Assembly: GCA_028714495.1 (NCBI GenBank) | Contig: JAQTMH010000001.1 | Span: 179,814 to 243,813, forward strand | Length of the DNA: 64,000 nt | DNA from: Patescibacteria group bacterium | Lineage (GTDB): Bacteria > Patescibacteriota > Patescibacteriia > JAHIZJ01 | Direction: 5' to 3' | Part shown: piece after piece, positions 10,774 through 18,802 of the stretch | Layout of the letters: every line of letters starts with the position of its first letter | Position numbering within the stretch: the stretch's first letter is position 1 | The notes under the pieces: generated by a model | The model's database searches: none | Told to the model about the DNA's origin: nothing | The model's input: the letters and a program-made list of their open reading frames with translations, nothing else | Position numbers and translations under genes: made by a program

Positions 10774-11475
10774 ATGAAAGACCTCTCAAAGCTCGAAGCT
10801 ATCATCGGCTGTACGTTCAAAAATATCAAACTCCTGGAACAAAGCCTAGTTCACCGCTCGTATCTCAACGAGCATCCGGATTTTCCGCTGAAGCACAACG
10901 AGCGGATGGAATTTTTAGGCGACGCCGTACTGGAGTTGGCTGTCACCAGATACCTTTTTCAAAAGTTTCAAGAAAAATCCGAAGGCGAATTGACCAATTG
11001 GCGCGCCAGCCTGGTAAAAAGTGAAACACTGGCTGACACTGCCGAAAGTATCGATCTCAACGATTTTCTGTACCTAAGCCGGGGCGAGGCTAAAGATACC
11101 AATTCAAAAGCGCGGCGCTACATATTGGCCAACGCTCTCGAAGCTCTCATCGGCGCCATTTATCTCGATCAGGGGTTTGAAGCCGCCGAGAAATTCATTG
11201 GCAGCTTCTTGCTTACAAAACTGGACGATATCTTGCAGAATCATCTCTATCTCGATCCGAAGAGCCGCTTCCAGGAAAAAAGCCAGGAGATCGCCGGAAT
11301 CACACCTCACTATAAAGTGCTCTCCGAGTCCGGCCCTGATCACGCCAAACGTTTTAACATCGGAGTATTTCTGGGTGATGACGAGATCGCTGTCGGTGAG
11401 GGCGCCTCAAAACAAGAAGCCGAGGAAAGCGCGGCGCAGCGGGCGCTCAAAGCCAAAGACTGGAATGGCACTTAA
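10774..11475 (+). CDS. rnc: ribonuclease III
   Basis: RNase III signature ERMEFLGDAVLELAV and C-terminal dsRBD (GPDHAKRFNIGV...GASKQEAEESAAQRAL). Confidence 0.9.
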   Translation: MKDLSKLEAIIGCTFKNIKLLEQSLVHRSYLNEHPDFPLKHNERMEFLGDAVLELAVTRYLFQKFQEKSEGELTNWRASLVKSETLADTAESIDLNDFLYLSRGEAKDTNSKARRYILANALEALIGAIYLDQGFEAAEKFIGSFLLTKLDDILQNHLYLDPKSRFQEKSQEIAGITPHYKVLSESGPDHAKRFNIGVFLGDDEIAVGEGASKQEAEESAAQRALKAKDWNGT

Positions 11476-11498
11476 ATAAATCATTTAATAATACCAGG

Positions 11499-11987
11499 AT
11501 GGAAATACTCAATTTTCTCCTCGTCGTTATCACCGCCCTGCTTATGGTAGTGGGGTTTTTGGGTACAATATTTCCGAGCATGCCCGGCTTGCCTTTGCTT
11601 TGGAGCGTCGTGGTAATTTACGCGTTAGTTACCGATTTTCAAAAAATCAATATTAATTTTCTTATCTTTACCACCTCACTGGTGGTATTGGTATTTTTTC
11701 TCGATTTTATCGCCAGCATCAGAGGTACGCGCAAGCTTGAGGCAAGTTTTTGGGGCGTGGGCGGCGCGCTGGCTGGTGGGGTTGTCGGCGCCGGTTTTAA
11801 TTCCCTGCCTGTCTTAGTCATTTTGCCGGTGGTTGGCGCTGTAATCGGCGAGCTTATTTCCGGCCGAGATGCGATTTACAAGATTGAAACCGAGGAATAC
11901 CATTTGGTCGGGTTTGTCGGCGGCACTATCGTGAAAGTGGCTGTGGGTGTCACTTTGATCGGCCTCTTCCTGTATAAAGTGCTGTAA
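11499..11987 (+). CDS. DUF456-like small membrane protein
   Basis: Gly-rich multi-TM protein; MEILNFLLVVITALLMVVGFLGTIFPSMPGLPLLW pattern. Confidence 0.5.
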   Translation: MEILNFLLVVITALLMVVGFLGTIFPSMPGLPLLWSVVVIYALVTDFQKININFLIFTTSLVVLVFFLDFIASIRGTRKLEASFWGVGGALAGGVVGAGFNSLPVLVILPVVGAVIGELISGRDAIYKIETEEYHLVGFVGGTIVKVAVGVTLIGLFLYKVL

Positions 11988-12048
11988 ATTCAACTAGCAA
12001 TTAATTATCCAAAAGCTGATTTATTCATGGCTTTTTTTATTTGGATCC

Positions 12049-12146
12049 ATGGAAGAAATTCAGAATTCAGAATTAAGAAGTAATAATTATTGAAGTCCCG
12101 CAACGGGACAACCGACCTTCTTCCTTCTGCATTCTGAATTATAAAT
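12049..12146. repeat. AT-rich palindromic element (gaattcagaatt family), copy A, left flank of pyrF/pyrE cassette
   Basis: gaagaaattcagaattcagaattaagaagtaataattattga-[gtcccgcaacgggac hairpin]-...cttctgcattctgaattataaatt; termini inverted-complementary. Confidence 0.6.
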
Positions 12147-12281
12147 TGTGTTCATTGGTCATACCAAGTTCCGCCCTTGGGGGATATTTGACCCCTTGTT
12201 TTATTTTTGTTAAGCTTTGGCCGATGTTGCACTCGAATGGTCATTGAAATAAAGGCGTCTTCAACAAAAAGGGGGTAGCCA

Positions 12282-13172
12282 ATGGGTTTCAGAGAACGAC
12301 TGGAACAGGCCTGGGCTCTGCAAAACAGTTTGGTCTGCGTCGGGCTGGACACCGATGTCCGGAAAATACCACTTCATCTTCGCGACCGGCCAGAGCATCT
12401 GGCAGTGCGCCGATTCAACGAAGACATTGTCAGGGCCTGCGCGCCATACTGTTCCGTGTTCAAGCTTCAGTTTGCCTTTTATCTCGAGGCTGGTCTGGTC
12501 CAAGTGGTGATCGACACCATCGCTTTCATCCGGCAGCACTACCCCAACCATGTGATCATTCTGGATGCCAAGTGGGGTGATGTGAAAGAAACGGCCAAGG
12601 CCTACCAGCGTTTTGGTAGCGGTCTCCTGAATTACGACGCAGTCACGCTCTGGCCAGGTACTGGTTCAGAATCAATGCGCCCCTTCTTCGATGATCCCGA
12701 GCACGGCGCCATCTTCGTCTGCCGGACTTCCAACCCAGGTAGCCCGGAACTACAGGATGCCCCTGTTTTCATTGGCTATGACGACGGCACCAGGGCCGCG
12801 AAAACCGAACCCTACTGGTTCTGGCAGGGCAAGCAAATTGCCCACTGGAATCAGCATGGCAATGTCGGACTGGTCATGGGCGCCACCTTCCCGGGCGAAC
12901 TCCGGCAGATGCGCGAAGCCGTGGGTGATGATATGTTCTCCCTGAATCCCGGCATTGGCGCACAAACAAAAGAGCAAGGAATCGAAAACCCAATCCAGGC
13001 CGCAGTCGAAGCCGGCCAGGACTCGAGTGGAAAAGGTATGATCATTAATTCCTCGCGCGGCATCATCTTTGCCTCTTCAGGTGAAGACTATGCTGAAGCC
13101 GCAGCTCGGGAAACCGAACGGCTCCGCGATGAGATCAACCGCTTCCGTATCCGACAGGAGGTGACTCGATGA
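12282..13172 (+). CDS. pyrF: orotidine 5'-phosphate decarboxylase, type 2-like
   Basis: LVCVGLDTD and DAKWGDV motifs correspond to OMPdecase LCVGLDP / DAKRGDI; aagggggt RBS; G+C-rich. Confidence 0.7.
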   Translation: MGFRERLEQAWALQNSLVCVGLDTDVRKIPLHLRDRPEHLAVRRFNEDIVRACAPYCSVFKLQFAFYLEAGLVQVVIDTIAFIRQHYPNHVIILDAKWGDVKETAKAYQRFGSGLLNYDAVTLWPGTGSESMRPFFDDPEHGAIFVCRTSNPGSPELQDAPVFIGYDDGTRAAKTEPYWFWQGKQIAHWNQHGNVGLVMGATFPGELRQMREAVGDDMFSLNPGIGAQTKEQGIENPIQAAVEAGQDSSGKGMIINSSRGIIFASSGEDYAEAAARETERLRDEINRFRIRQEVTR

Positions 13173-13894
13173 CCAAAGAACAAGTGCTGGCAATCCACGA
13201 TGTGGCTGGTTTGCGTCAACTCGGTCCTTGCAACTTCATGGATCGGGACATGACCGTCGAGGAGTTCCGGCATATCGCCGAACTCTGCGGCGCGTTCTGG
13301 ATCAGGCCGGATGTCCGAGATCCAAACATTCCACACGCTCTCTTGACCAAAGGTGGGCACAGCGACGGATTCGTGAACACCTTGGTCGTACTGTCCTACA
13401 CCAATCTCTGCCACATCCTAGCTCATCAGCTGGTGAATCGGATTCGCCGTGTCTATGATGGTCCAGTCGGCTGGGTCGTCGGCTCTGACCATGCTGGCGC
13501 CGCTTTTTCGCACAGCGTCGCTTTCATCCTTGGCGCCCGGCACGATTTTACCGAGAAAGGACCAAATGATACCCAGATCTGGAAACGCTTCCAGATCCTA
13601 CCTGGTGAAGTCGTACTCCAGGTCGAAGAACTGATGACCAGTTCCGGCACCCTGATGGCTGTCAGAAACGGCATCCGAGCGGGGAATGTTGAGCCGGTTA
13701 CCTTCGCTCCAGTGGTGGGTGTACTCGTCCACCGCTCTACAGTGTACGAAATCGAAGACGGGCCAGTAATCAGCGCCTTCCACTACGACATGACCAACTG
13801 GACGCAAGAAGAGTGTCATCTCTGCCCGATCGGCTCCGAAGCTCTGCCTCCCAAGGCGATCTGGGAGCAATTCGTTGCCAAGGGGAAGCCTTGA
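13169..13894 (+). CDS. type I phosphoribosyltransferase, orotate PRTase-like
   Basis: PRPP-binding motif VVLQVEELMTSSGTL; start overlaps pyrF stop (ATGA coupling). Confidence 0.6.
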   Translation: MTKEQVLAIHDVAGLRQLGPCNFMDRDMTVEEFRHIAELCGAFWIRPDVRDPNIPHALLTKGGHSDGFVNTLVVLSYTNLCHILAHQLVNRIRRVYDGPVGWVVGSDHAGAAFSHSVAFILGARHDFTEKGPNDTQIWKRFQILPGEVVLQVEELMTSSGTLMAVRNGIRAGNVEPVTFAPVVGVLVHRSTVYEIEDGPVISAFHYDMTNWTQEECHLCPIGSEALPPKAIWEQFVAKGKP

Positions 13895-13919
13895 GCTCTG
13901 TTAACTTCATTAGCCTATA

Positions 13920-13960
13920 GGGACAATTCCTGTCTTTATAGGCTATTTTTTATTTGCCTA
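13920..13960 (+). terminator. putative terminator after PRTase gene
   Basis: agcctataggg...ataggcta hairpin then tttttatttg. Confidence 0.45.
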
Positions 13961-14133
13961 GAGTTAATACAAGTAACGAATAATAGAAAATAATTTGGCA
14001 ATTATATCTTCAAATCCACCGCAAATAACCCGCCGTAAGCCCCAGATATTACCCAGCATGCAATAAGCTAGTTAAAAATGAAAATTGATAATGCTAATTA
14101 AATGCCAACCGGAGGCGGGTATTTGGGCCAACT

Positions 14134-14245
14134 GAAGAAATTCAGAATTCATCCCCGACTAGATCAGGGATCAGAAGTAATAATTATTGAACCCGCCTAT
14201 GGCGGGATACCTTCATTCTTACTTCTGAATTCTGAATTATAAATT
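14134..14245. repeat. AT-rich palindromic element (gaattcagaatt family), copy B, right flank of pyrF/pyrE cassette
   Basis: gaagaaattcagaattcat...gaagtaataattattgaa-[cccgcctatggcggg hairpin]-...acttctgaattctgaattataaattg; shares termini and core with copy A. Confidence 0.6.
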
Positions 14246-14738
14246 GGTACTAGATAAACTCATTTGATCCTAAACAATAAATTTTATTACCTAATCTTAG
14301 CCAAAATACCCTGTTGATAACTTATTGGCTCTAGGCATTGACAATTTGTCCGACATCTTCTATGCTTGGGGGCTTAGAAGACAAAACAAAATCTTTACAA
14401 TATAATATTAATAGTATCCGTGAGGCGATGAACTGCAGCCTGAATCTGGTCGCTTTCCCCCTAGAGTTTATTAAACTTTTGGGGGCGGGCTGCGGGGAGC
14501 TAGTAGCGAAACCGACATGGCGGAGGAAGTCCTTCGATACCAAAAACTGCCGCCGCCTCACGCCCAAGAGGCGTTTTTTGTTGGCCTGACCTTATTACCG
14601 GTTGCCTTTAGTGAAATACCTAAAGACAGCCGGTTTGTAAGGTTACTAAGCTCTTTGACAACACGGTGTAAGCGGAACAAAACGCCGAAATACAGCGCGA
14701 AGTTGTTTTCGGGGTTACCACAAAAAGGAGGACCGGTC

Positions 14739-15452
14739 ATGAAGCGCCTGTTTGTATTCTGTTTGGTGTTGACGTCCGTTCTGCTGGCCACGACGGCGAG
14801 TGGAGCGGATCGAGCCTTGGTTGAACGTACGCTGGTCTGGGTGGAGGGCAATCCCATTCCGCCGGACAGCACGCTCAATTCGTCAGGCTATCAATGGGGT
14901 GTTGCTCAAGACTCCCTGATTACCGTCAACGGATTCGTTGCCCAGGTTGCGCGCAAGCCGCCGGTAAAGGCCAAGGTGTATGCTGACACGCCCTACGGCC
15001 GTATGTGCGAGCGGGCTTTTGCCGCGGCAGTTTCGGCACGGGACCAGGGCAAGAACGATTGGGAAGCCGCTCAGGCTGGCGCGGCGGTCATGGAGAACGA
15101 ACGCAGCTTAGTCCGCTCAGCCAGTGTGATCGAGGGTGGATGGGAAGTCGAGTACACCAACGGCGAATCCGAATCATTCGAGCTGGGTCCGCCCGAGAAC
15201 AGAGGATCGCAAACGCCCCAAGAGAAGGCGGCGTTCTACCAGGAAGTTACCGACCAGGGCAAAATGATTGTGCTCGCATGGAATGGGGAGTGCAGATGGT
15301 TTCTGACACCGGCCAGCAGGGTGCTGTGGAACGAGCAGATTCTACGAGTATGGGACAACGAGCCGAACCCGCCTGGCCCTATGCCGCCACAGTTGGTGAG
15401 CCTGTTCTGTGATCCTACGCCCCTCAACCGCGAGAGCCACAAGGAGGAGTAA
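14739..15452 (+). CDS. secreted hypothetical protein (G+C-rich island)
   Basis: aaaaaggagga RBS; signal peptide MKRLFVFCLVLTSVLLATTASGA; track ORF starts earlier at 14517 but signal peptide and RBS favour 14739. Confidence 0.5.
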   Translation: MKRLFVFCLVLTSVLLATTASGADRALVERTLVWVEGNPIPPDSTLNSSGYQWGVAQDSLITVNGFVAQVARKPPVKAKVYADTPYGRMCERAFAAAVSARDQGKNDWEAAQAGAAVMENERSLVRSASVIEGGWEVEYTNGESESFELGPPENRGSQTPQEKAAFYQEVTDQGKMIVLAWNGECRWFLTPASRVLWNEQILRVWDNEPNPPGPMPPQLVSLFCDPTPLNRESHKEE

Positions 15453-15455
15453 GCC

Positions 15456-18284
15456 ATGAAGATCTCATTGATCTTGCTTGCGCTCCTTCTGATGTTCGGT
15501 TCAGCGGGAGCGACCAACCGCGATCCGGTCGGATCCTCGGCACTCCAGTATCATCCCTACGAATTTGGACTTGGGTGGGACGGACAGGAGTTCATCAATC
15601 TGGCGATTTCACAGGGACGAGACGCCATAGACTTCCATAACACCAGCGGAGGAAGCCAGATCCCGCAATGTGGTCTCGATCTGTTCAAGTGGTACCTAAA
15701 CGGCGGTCAAAGCGGATTCCGCGCGATTATCGAGGTGAGTACTCACGGCAACTCAAACCAGGCGACACATGAGGCCTTCCGCGACTCTACGAACAGAGAA
15801 ACCGCCTGGACATACCACTTACAGAACGGCTGGAGCACGACTGAGATCATCAGAACACAGTCGGTTGACGGCTATGGTATCGGCATCAAGGCGCCGGCCT
15901 TAGCCAGCCTATTCGACGGCGGCCACCAGGAGCTGGTCATCTATCACTCCTGCCATGCCTATGACTGGTTGAACACCGGGTACAACGATGCTCGGTGCGA
16001 GATCGGCTGTGTGGATTCAGACAACTGCCTGGTCAGTTACTTCTTGACACTGTTCAACCGGTTGGATGGACAGGAAGGACTGGAAAAGCGGGCGGTCAAT
16101 CAAGCGCTGTCTGGCTTAACATACCTCGGGTATCAGGGGAATGGCGAGACTGTGCTGGCCGCTTGCGTAACCAATGTCCTTCCGGCAGCCGGAACCGTGC
16201 TCACGGGAAACACTCAAGCAACTGTGTCTTTCGACACCGAGATGGACAATGATTTGTCATTCCGCTGGCCAGTAGTGATCGGAGACAATGCCCTAGTTGA
16301 TAATGTTGTTTGGTATCCGGACTACCTTGAGTTCACGCTGATACCCTATCGCGTCGGGCCAGTGACAGTTGAAATCCAGGCCTTGAGCAAGGGTGTAAAC
16401 GAACTGGATGGAAATCAAGTGCCGGTCGGTACGAACGGACAGGGTCCCAGCGAAGATCACTATGTGTTTTCGCTGACCAGCGCCGTCGATAACCCGAACA
16501 CTGCGGTGAGCTTTGAAGGCGCCGGAGCTTTCTCGGCCGAGGACGGCACCCACGTCTGGTGGGTAACCGATCCTGAGCTGGGTTCGCAACAGTTCGAAGT
16601 GTACGGCGGCGTAAACCGGTCACAACTCCTGGCTTCAGTGCCGGCGAGCGGCGGACCGGACCGGTCGTACTTCTACGAACTGGTCGTGCCGCCAAGCGAG
16701 TCGTATGAGGTGGTTGAGATCGACAATGATCCAACCACTGAATACTCGACCCGGCCGTTCTATCCGAGCGGCCCACCCGCGAACCTGGACCTTCTGCGCT
16801 CCATGAATGCCAAGTACGGCACGTGGACGCCCTGGGTATGGGAGGAGGGCGGACGGGATAACCCCATCTATGAACCGACCAACTTCGTCTACTACTCATC
16901 TCGGTCCGACTTTCTCGATCTCTGCCAGCCGGTCATCGACTGGTGGGAGGGCAAAGGTTTCACGTCGCAGGTAGTGACGGGAACCGAAAACCCCTACGAC
17001 TGCCAAGCGGTAGCAGAAGCTGTGTATAACGCGGCGATTGAGCATGAACTTCCCTGGCTGCCGTTTCTGGTGATCGTGGGCGAGGCCAACCAAGGGTCAG
17101 TCCCGGCTTACAATATAGTCGGGACAATCTACGTGGATGACGAAGACGATCAGTGTTACTGGTCAAGCTGCGCTTCTGATGCCAGCATCGTCGAGTTCGA
17201 TGGAGATAAGATCCCGAACATGCCGTGGAGTAGAGTGCCCGTTCACACGACCACGGAGCTGCAGTATGAAGTTACCTCGACCATGGAGTATTACGGACGG
17301 CTCCGGCCACAATCTCTGAGGGCAGTCATCTTCGACGGCGACCTGAACCCCAGCTGCAATCAGATGATCGAGCCGCGGGCCACGCTGACCATGATCCAAA
17401 CCCAGCTTGAAGCCGCAGGCATATCGACTGTGATGCTGAACGATTCTGACATTGAAGACTGCGGCGACATGGAAACACGGCACGACTGGGCTTGCGCGGA
17501 AATCAACGCCGGCATCACCGAACTGCTAGGCAATGGGTTTGGCACGAGCCGGTCGATTCTGCCAGGCTATTTCCAGGAAAAGATGTTCAATCCGGTCTTT
17601 ACCATGGCGGACCTGCCACGGTTGCAACGGATCGTGGTCGAATTTCCGGGTTGTGGCATGGGTGACATAGACCGGGACAATCCCTCCTATTACCCGTCCA
17701 TACCAAAGATGTATCTGACCGCGAATCCGGCCAACGGGACAACAGCAGTTGCCTGGATATCGCATTCCCGCGGCGGCCTACAATCTCTGCATCTGGCATT
17801 GGCTCGCGCCTATTTCGAGCAACGTGTTCGGTACCTGTATCGAACCGTGCAGGAAAACAACTTCCGGGCAATCCGACAGCTGGGTACGGAAAATCCGGCT
17901 GCTCGTGACTATCTCTTGATGGCCGGCGCCTATGGTTTCCCGGCGCGCATCGTCGAGATGTACGAAGCAGGAGCAACGCCGGAAACGGTTGCGGCCGATA
18001 TTCCGACCGGCTTGAGCATTAGTCCGAATCCGGTAGTCAGCAGCCTCAGCCATCTGTCTTTCGGGATGAAGGGCTATGGCCGCGTCGATCTGAAGCTCTA
18101 TGATATTCAGGGACGCTGTCAGCGGACCCTGGCTGACCGAGTTGTTCTTGAGCCCGGACTACACCGTATCGCGTGGGATGGACGCGACGACGCGGGTCGA
18201 TTGCTGTCAGCTGGCGTATACTACGCCCGGCTGTCGGTCAACCGGCATGATCGCGCGGCGGCGAAATTCGTGCTCGTGCGCTAG
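15456..18284 (+). CDS. large secreted protein with putative His/Cys (CD-clan-like) peptidase region and C-terminal beta-sandwich sorting-type domain (FlgD-Ig / Por_Secre_tail-like)
   Basis: aaggagg RBS; signal peptide MKISLILLALLLMFGSAGA; STHGN...VIYHSCHAYDW; C-terminus ...GRVDLKLYDIQGRCQRTLADRVVLEPGLHRIAWDGRDDAGRLLSAGVYYARL. Confidence 0.55.
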   Translation: MKISLILLALLLMFGSAGATNRDPVGSSALQYHPYEFGLGWDGQEFINLAISQGRDAIDFHNTSGGSQIPQCGLDLFKWYLNGGQSGFRAIIEVSTHGNSNQATHEAFRDSTNRETAWTYHLQNGWSTTEIIRTQSVDGYGIGIKAPALASLFDGGHQELVIYHSCHAYDWLNTGYNDARCEIGCVDSDNCLVSYFLTLFNRLDGQEGLEKRAVNQALSGLTYLGYQGNGETVLAACVTNVLPAAGTVLTGNTQATVSFDTEMDNDLSFRWPVVIGDNALVDNVVWYPDYLEFTLIPYRVGPVTVEIQALSKGVNELDGNQVPVGTNGQGPSEDHYVFSLTSAVDNPNTAVSFEGAGAFSAEDGTHVWWVTDPELGSQQFEVYGGVNRSQLLASVPASGGPDRSYFYELVVPPSESYEVVEIDNDPTTEYSTRPFYPSGPPANLDLLRSMNAKYGTWTPWVWEEGGRDNPIYEPTNFVYYSSRSDFLDLCQPVIDWWEGKGFTSQVVTGTENPYDCQAVAEAVYNAAIEHELPWLPFLVIVGEANQGSVPAYNIVGTIYVDDEDDQCYWSSCASDASIVEFDGDKIPNMPWSRVPVHTTTELQYEVTSTMEYYGRLRPQSLRAVIFDGDLNPSCNQMIEPRATLTMIQTQLEAAGISTVMLNDSDIEDCGDMETRHDWACAEINAGITELLGNGFGTSRSILPGYFQEKMFNPVFTMADLPRLQRIVVEFPGCGMGDIDRDNPSYYPSIPKMYLTANPANGTTAVAWISHSRGGLQSLHLALARAYFEQRVRYLYRTVQENNFRAIRQLGTENPAARDYLLMAGAYGFPARIVEMYEAGATPETVAADIPTGLSISPNPVVSSLSHLSFGMKGYGRVDLKLYDIQGRCQRTLADRVVLEPGLHRIAWDGRDDAGRLLSAGVYYARLSVNRHDRAAAKFVLVR

Positions 18285-18373
18285 TATTGGACCTTCAATC
18301 AGTGCCGTTCTTCGCTTGATGGGAGAACGGCCTTTATCTGAAAGTCTAATAATTATCCAAACTAGGAAAGGGG

Positions 18374-18592
18374 GTGACATACATGAAACGTTTTAATCAC
18401 ATATTACTATGGGGAATAATGATAGTAATAGAAGCGATTGTACTAAGTGTGGTTTTTTTTAGCGTAAAACCGAAACCGGTTGCTGCGCAGGGATCGGTCG
18501 TTGTAATAGACACTTGGGGATGCGCAAAGTGGTGTATGACACAGCCAGATCCTTGGGTTTGTATCGAGCGAAACTGCACAAAAGGGGAATAG
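18374..18592 (+). CDS. small membrane-anchored Cys-containing peptide
   Basis: agggggtga RBS; one TM then CAKWC...C...C. Confidence 0.3.
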   Translation: MTYMKRFNHILLWGIMIVIEAIVLSVVFFSVKPKPVAAQGSVVVIDTWGCAKWCMTQPDPWVCIERNCTKGE

Positions 18593-18802
18593 TAATGAGT
18601 GGGTAGTTAAGCATTTGTCTTAAACACTAGGGGCATGGGAGGGAAGGCAATCTTACACAAAAATATCCATCAACCATAAAAACCGTTCATTATTGGACGG
18701 TTTTTTGGTTGGCAAAGCTCACCTTGATTTATTGCTCAAAAACCATTACAATATCTATTGTGAATCCTGAAGTATTGTTCAAAAAATAGTCTCTGTTTTT
18801 TT

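Noticed and set aside
12049-14245. CRISPR array (because of the repeated gaattcagaatt-containing units)
   Set aside because: Only two to five dispersed, imperfect copies separated by kilobases. The units are palindromic with GC hairpins rather than direct repeats with unique spacers, and no cas genes are present.
14331-14589. Short overlapping ORFs (78 aa and 83 aa) upstream of the secreted-protein gene
   Set aside because: They overlap each other on opposite strands and have no RBS. The region more likely holds the promoter (ttgacaatttgtccgacatcttctatgct) and leader of the downstream gene.
16293-17976. Several 90-190 aa ORFs inside or antisense to the 942-aa secreted protein gene
   Set aside because: These are typical antisense artefacts of a G+C-rich coding region. 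The long sense frame with signal peptide and RBS explains the locus.
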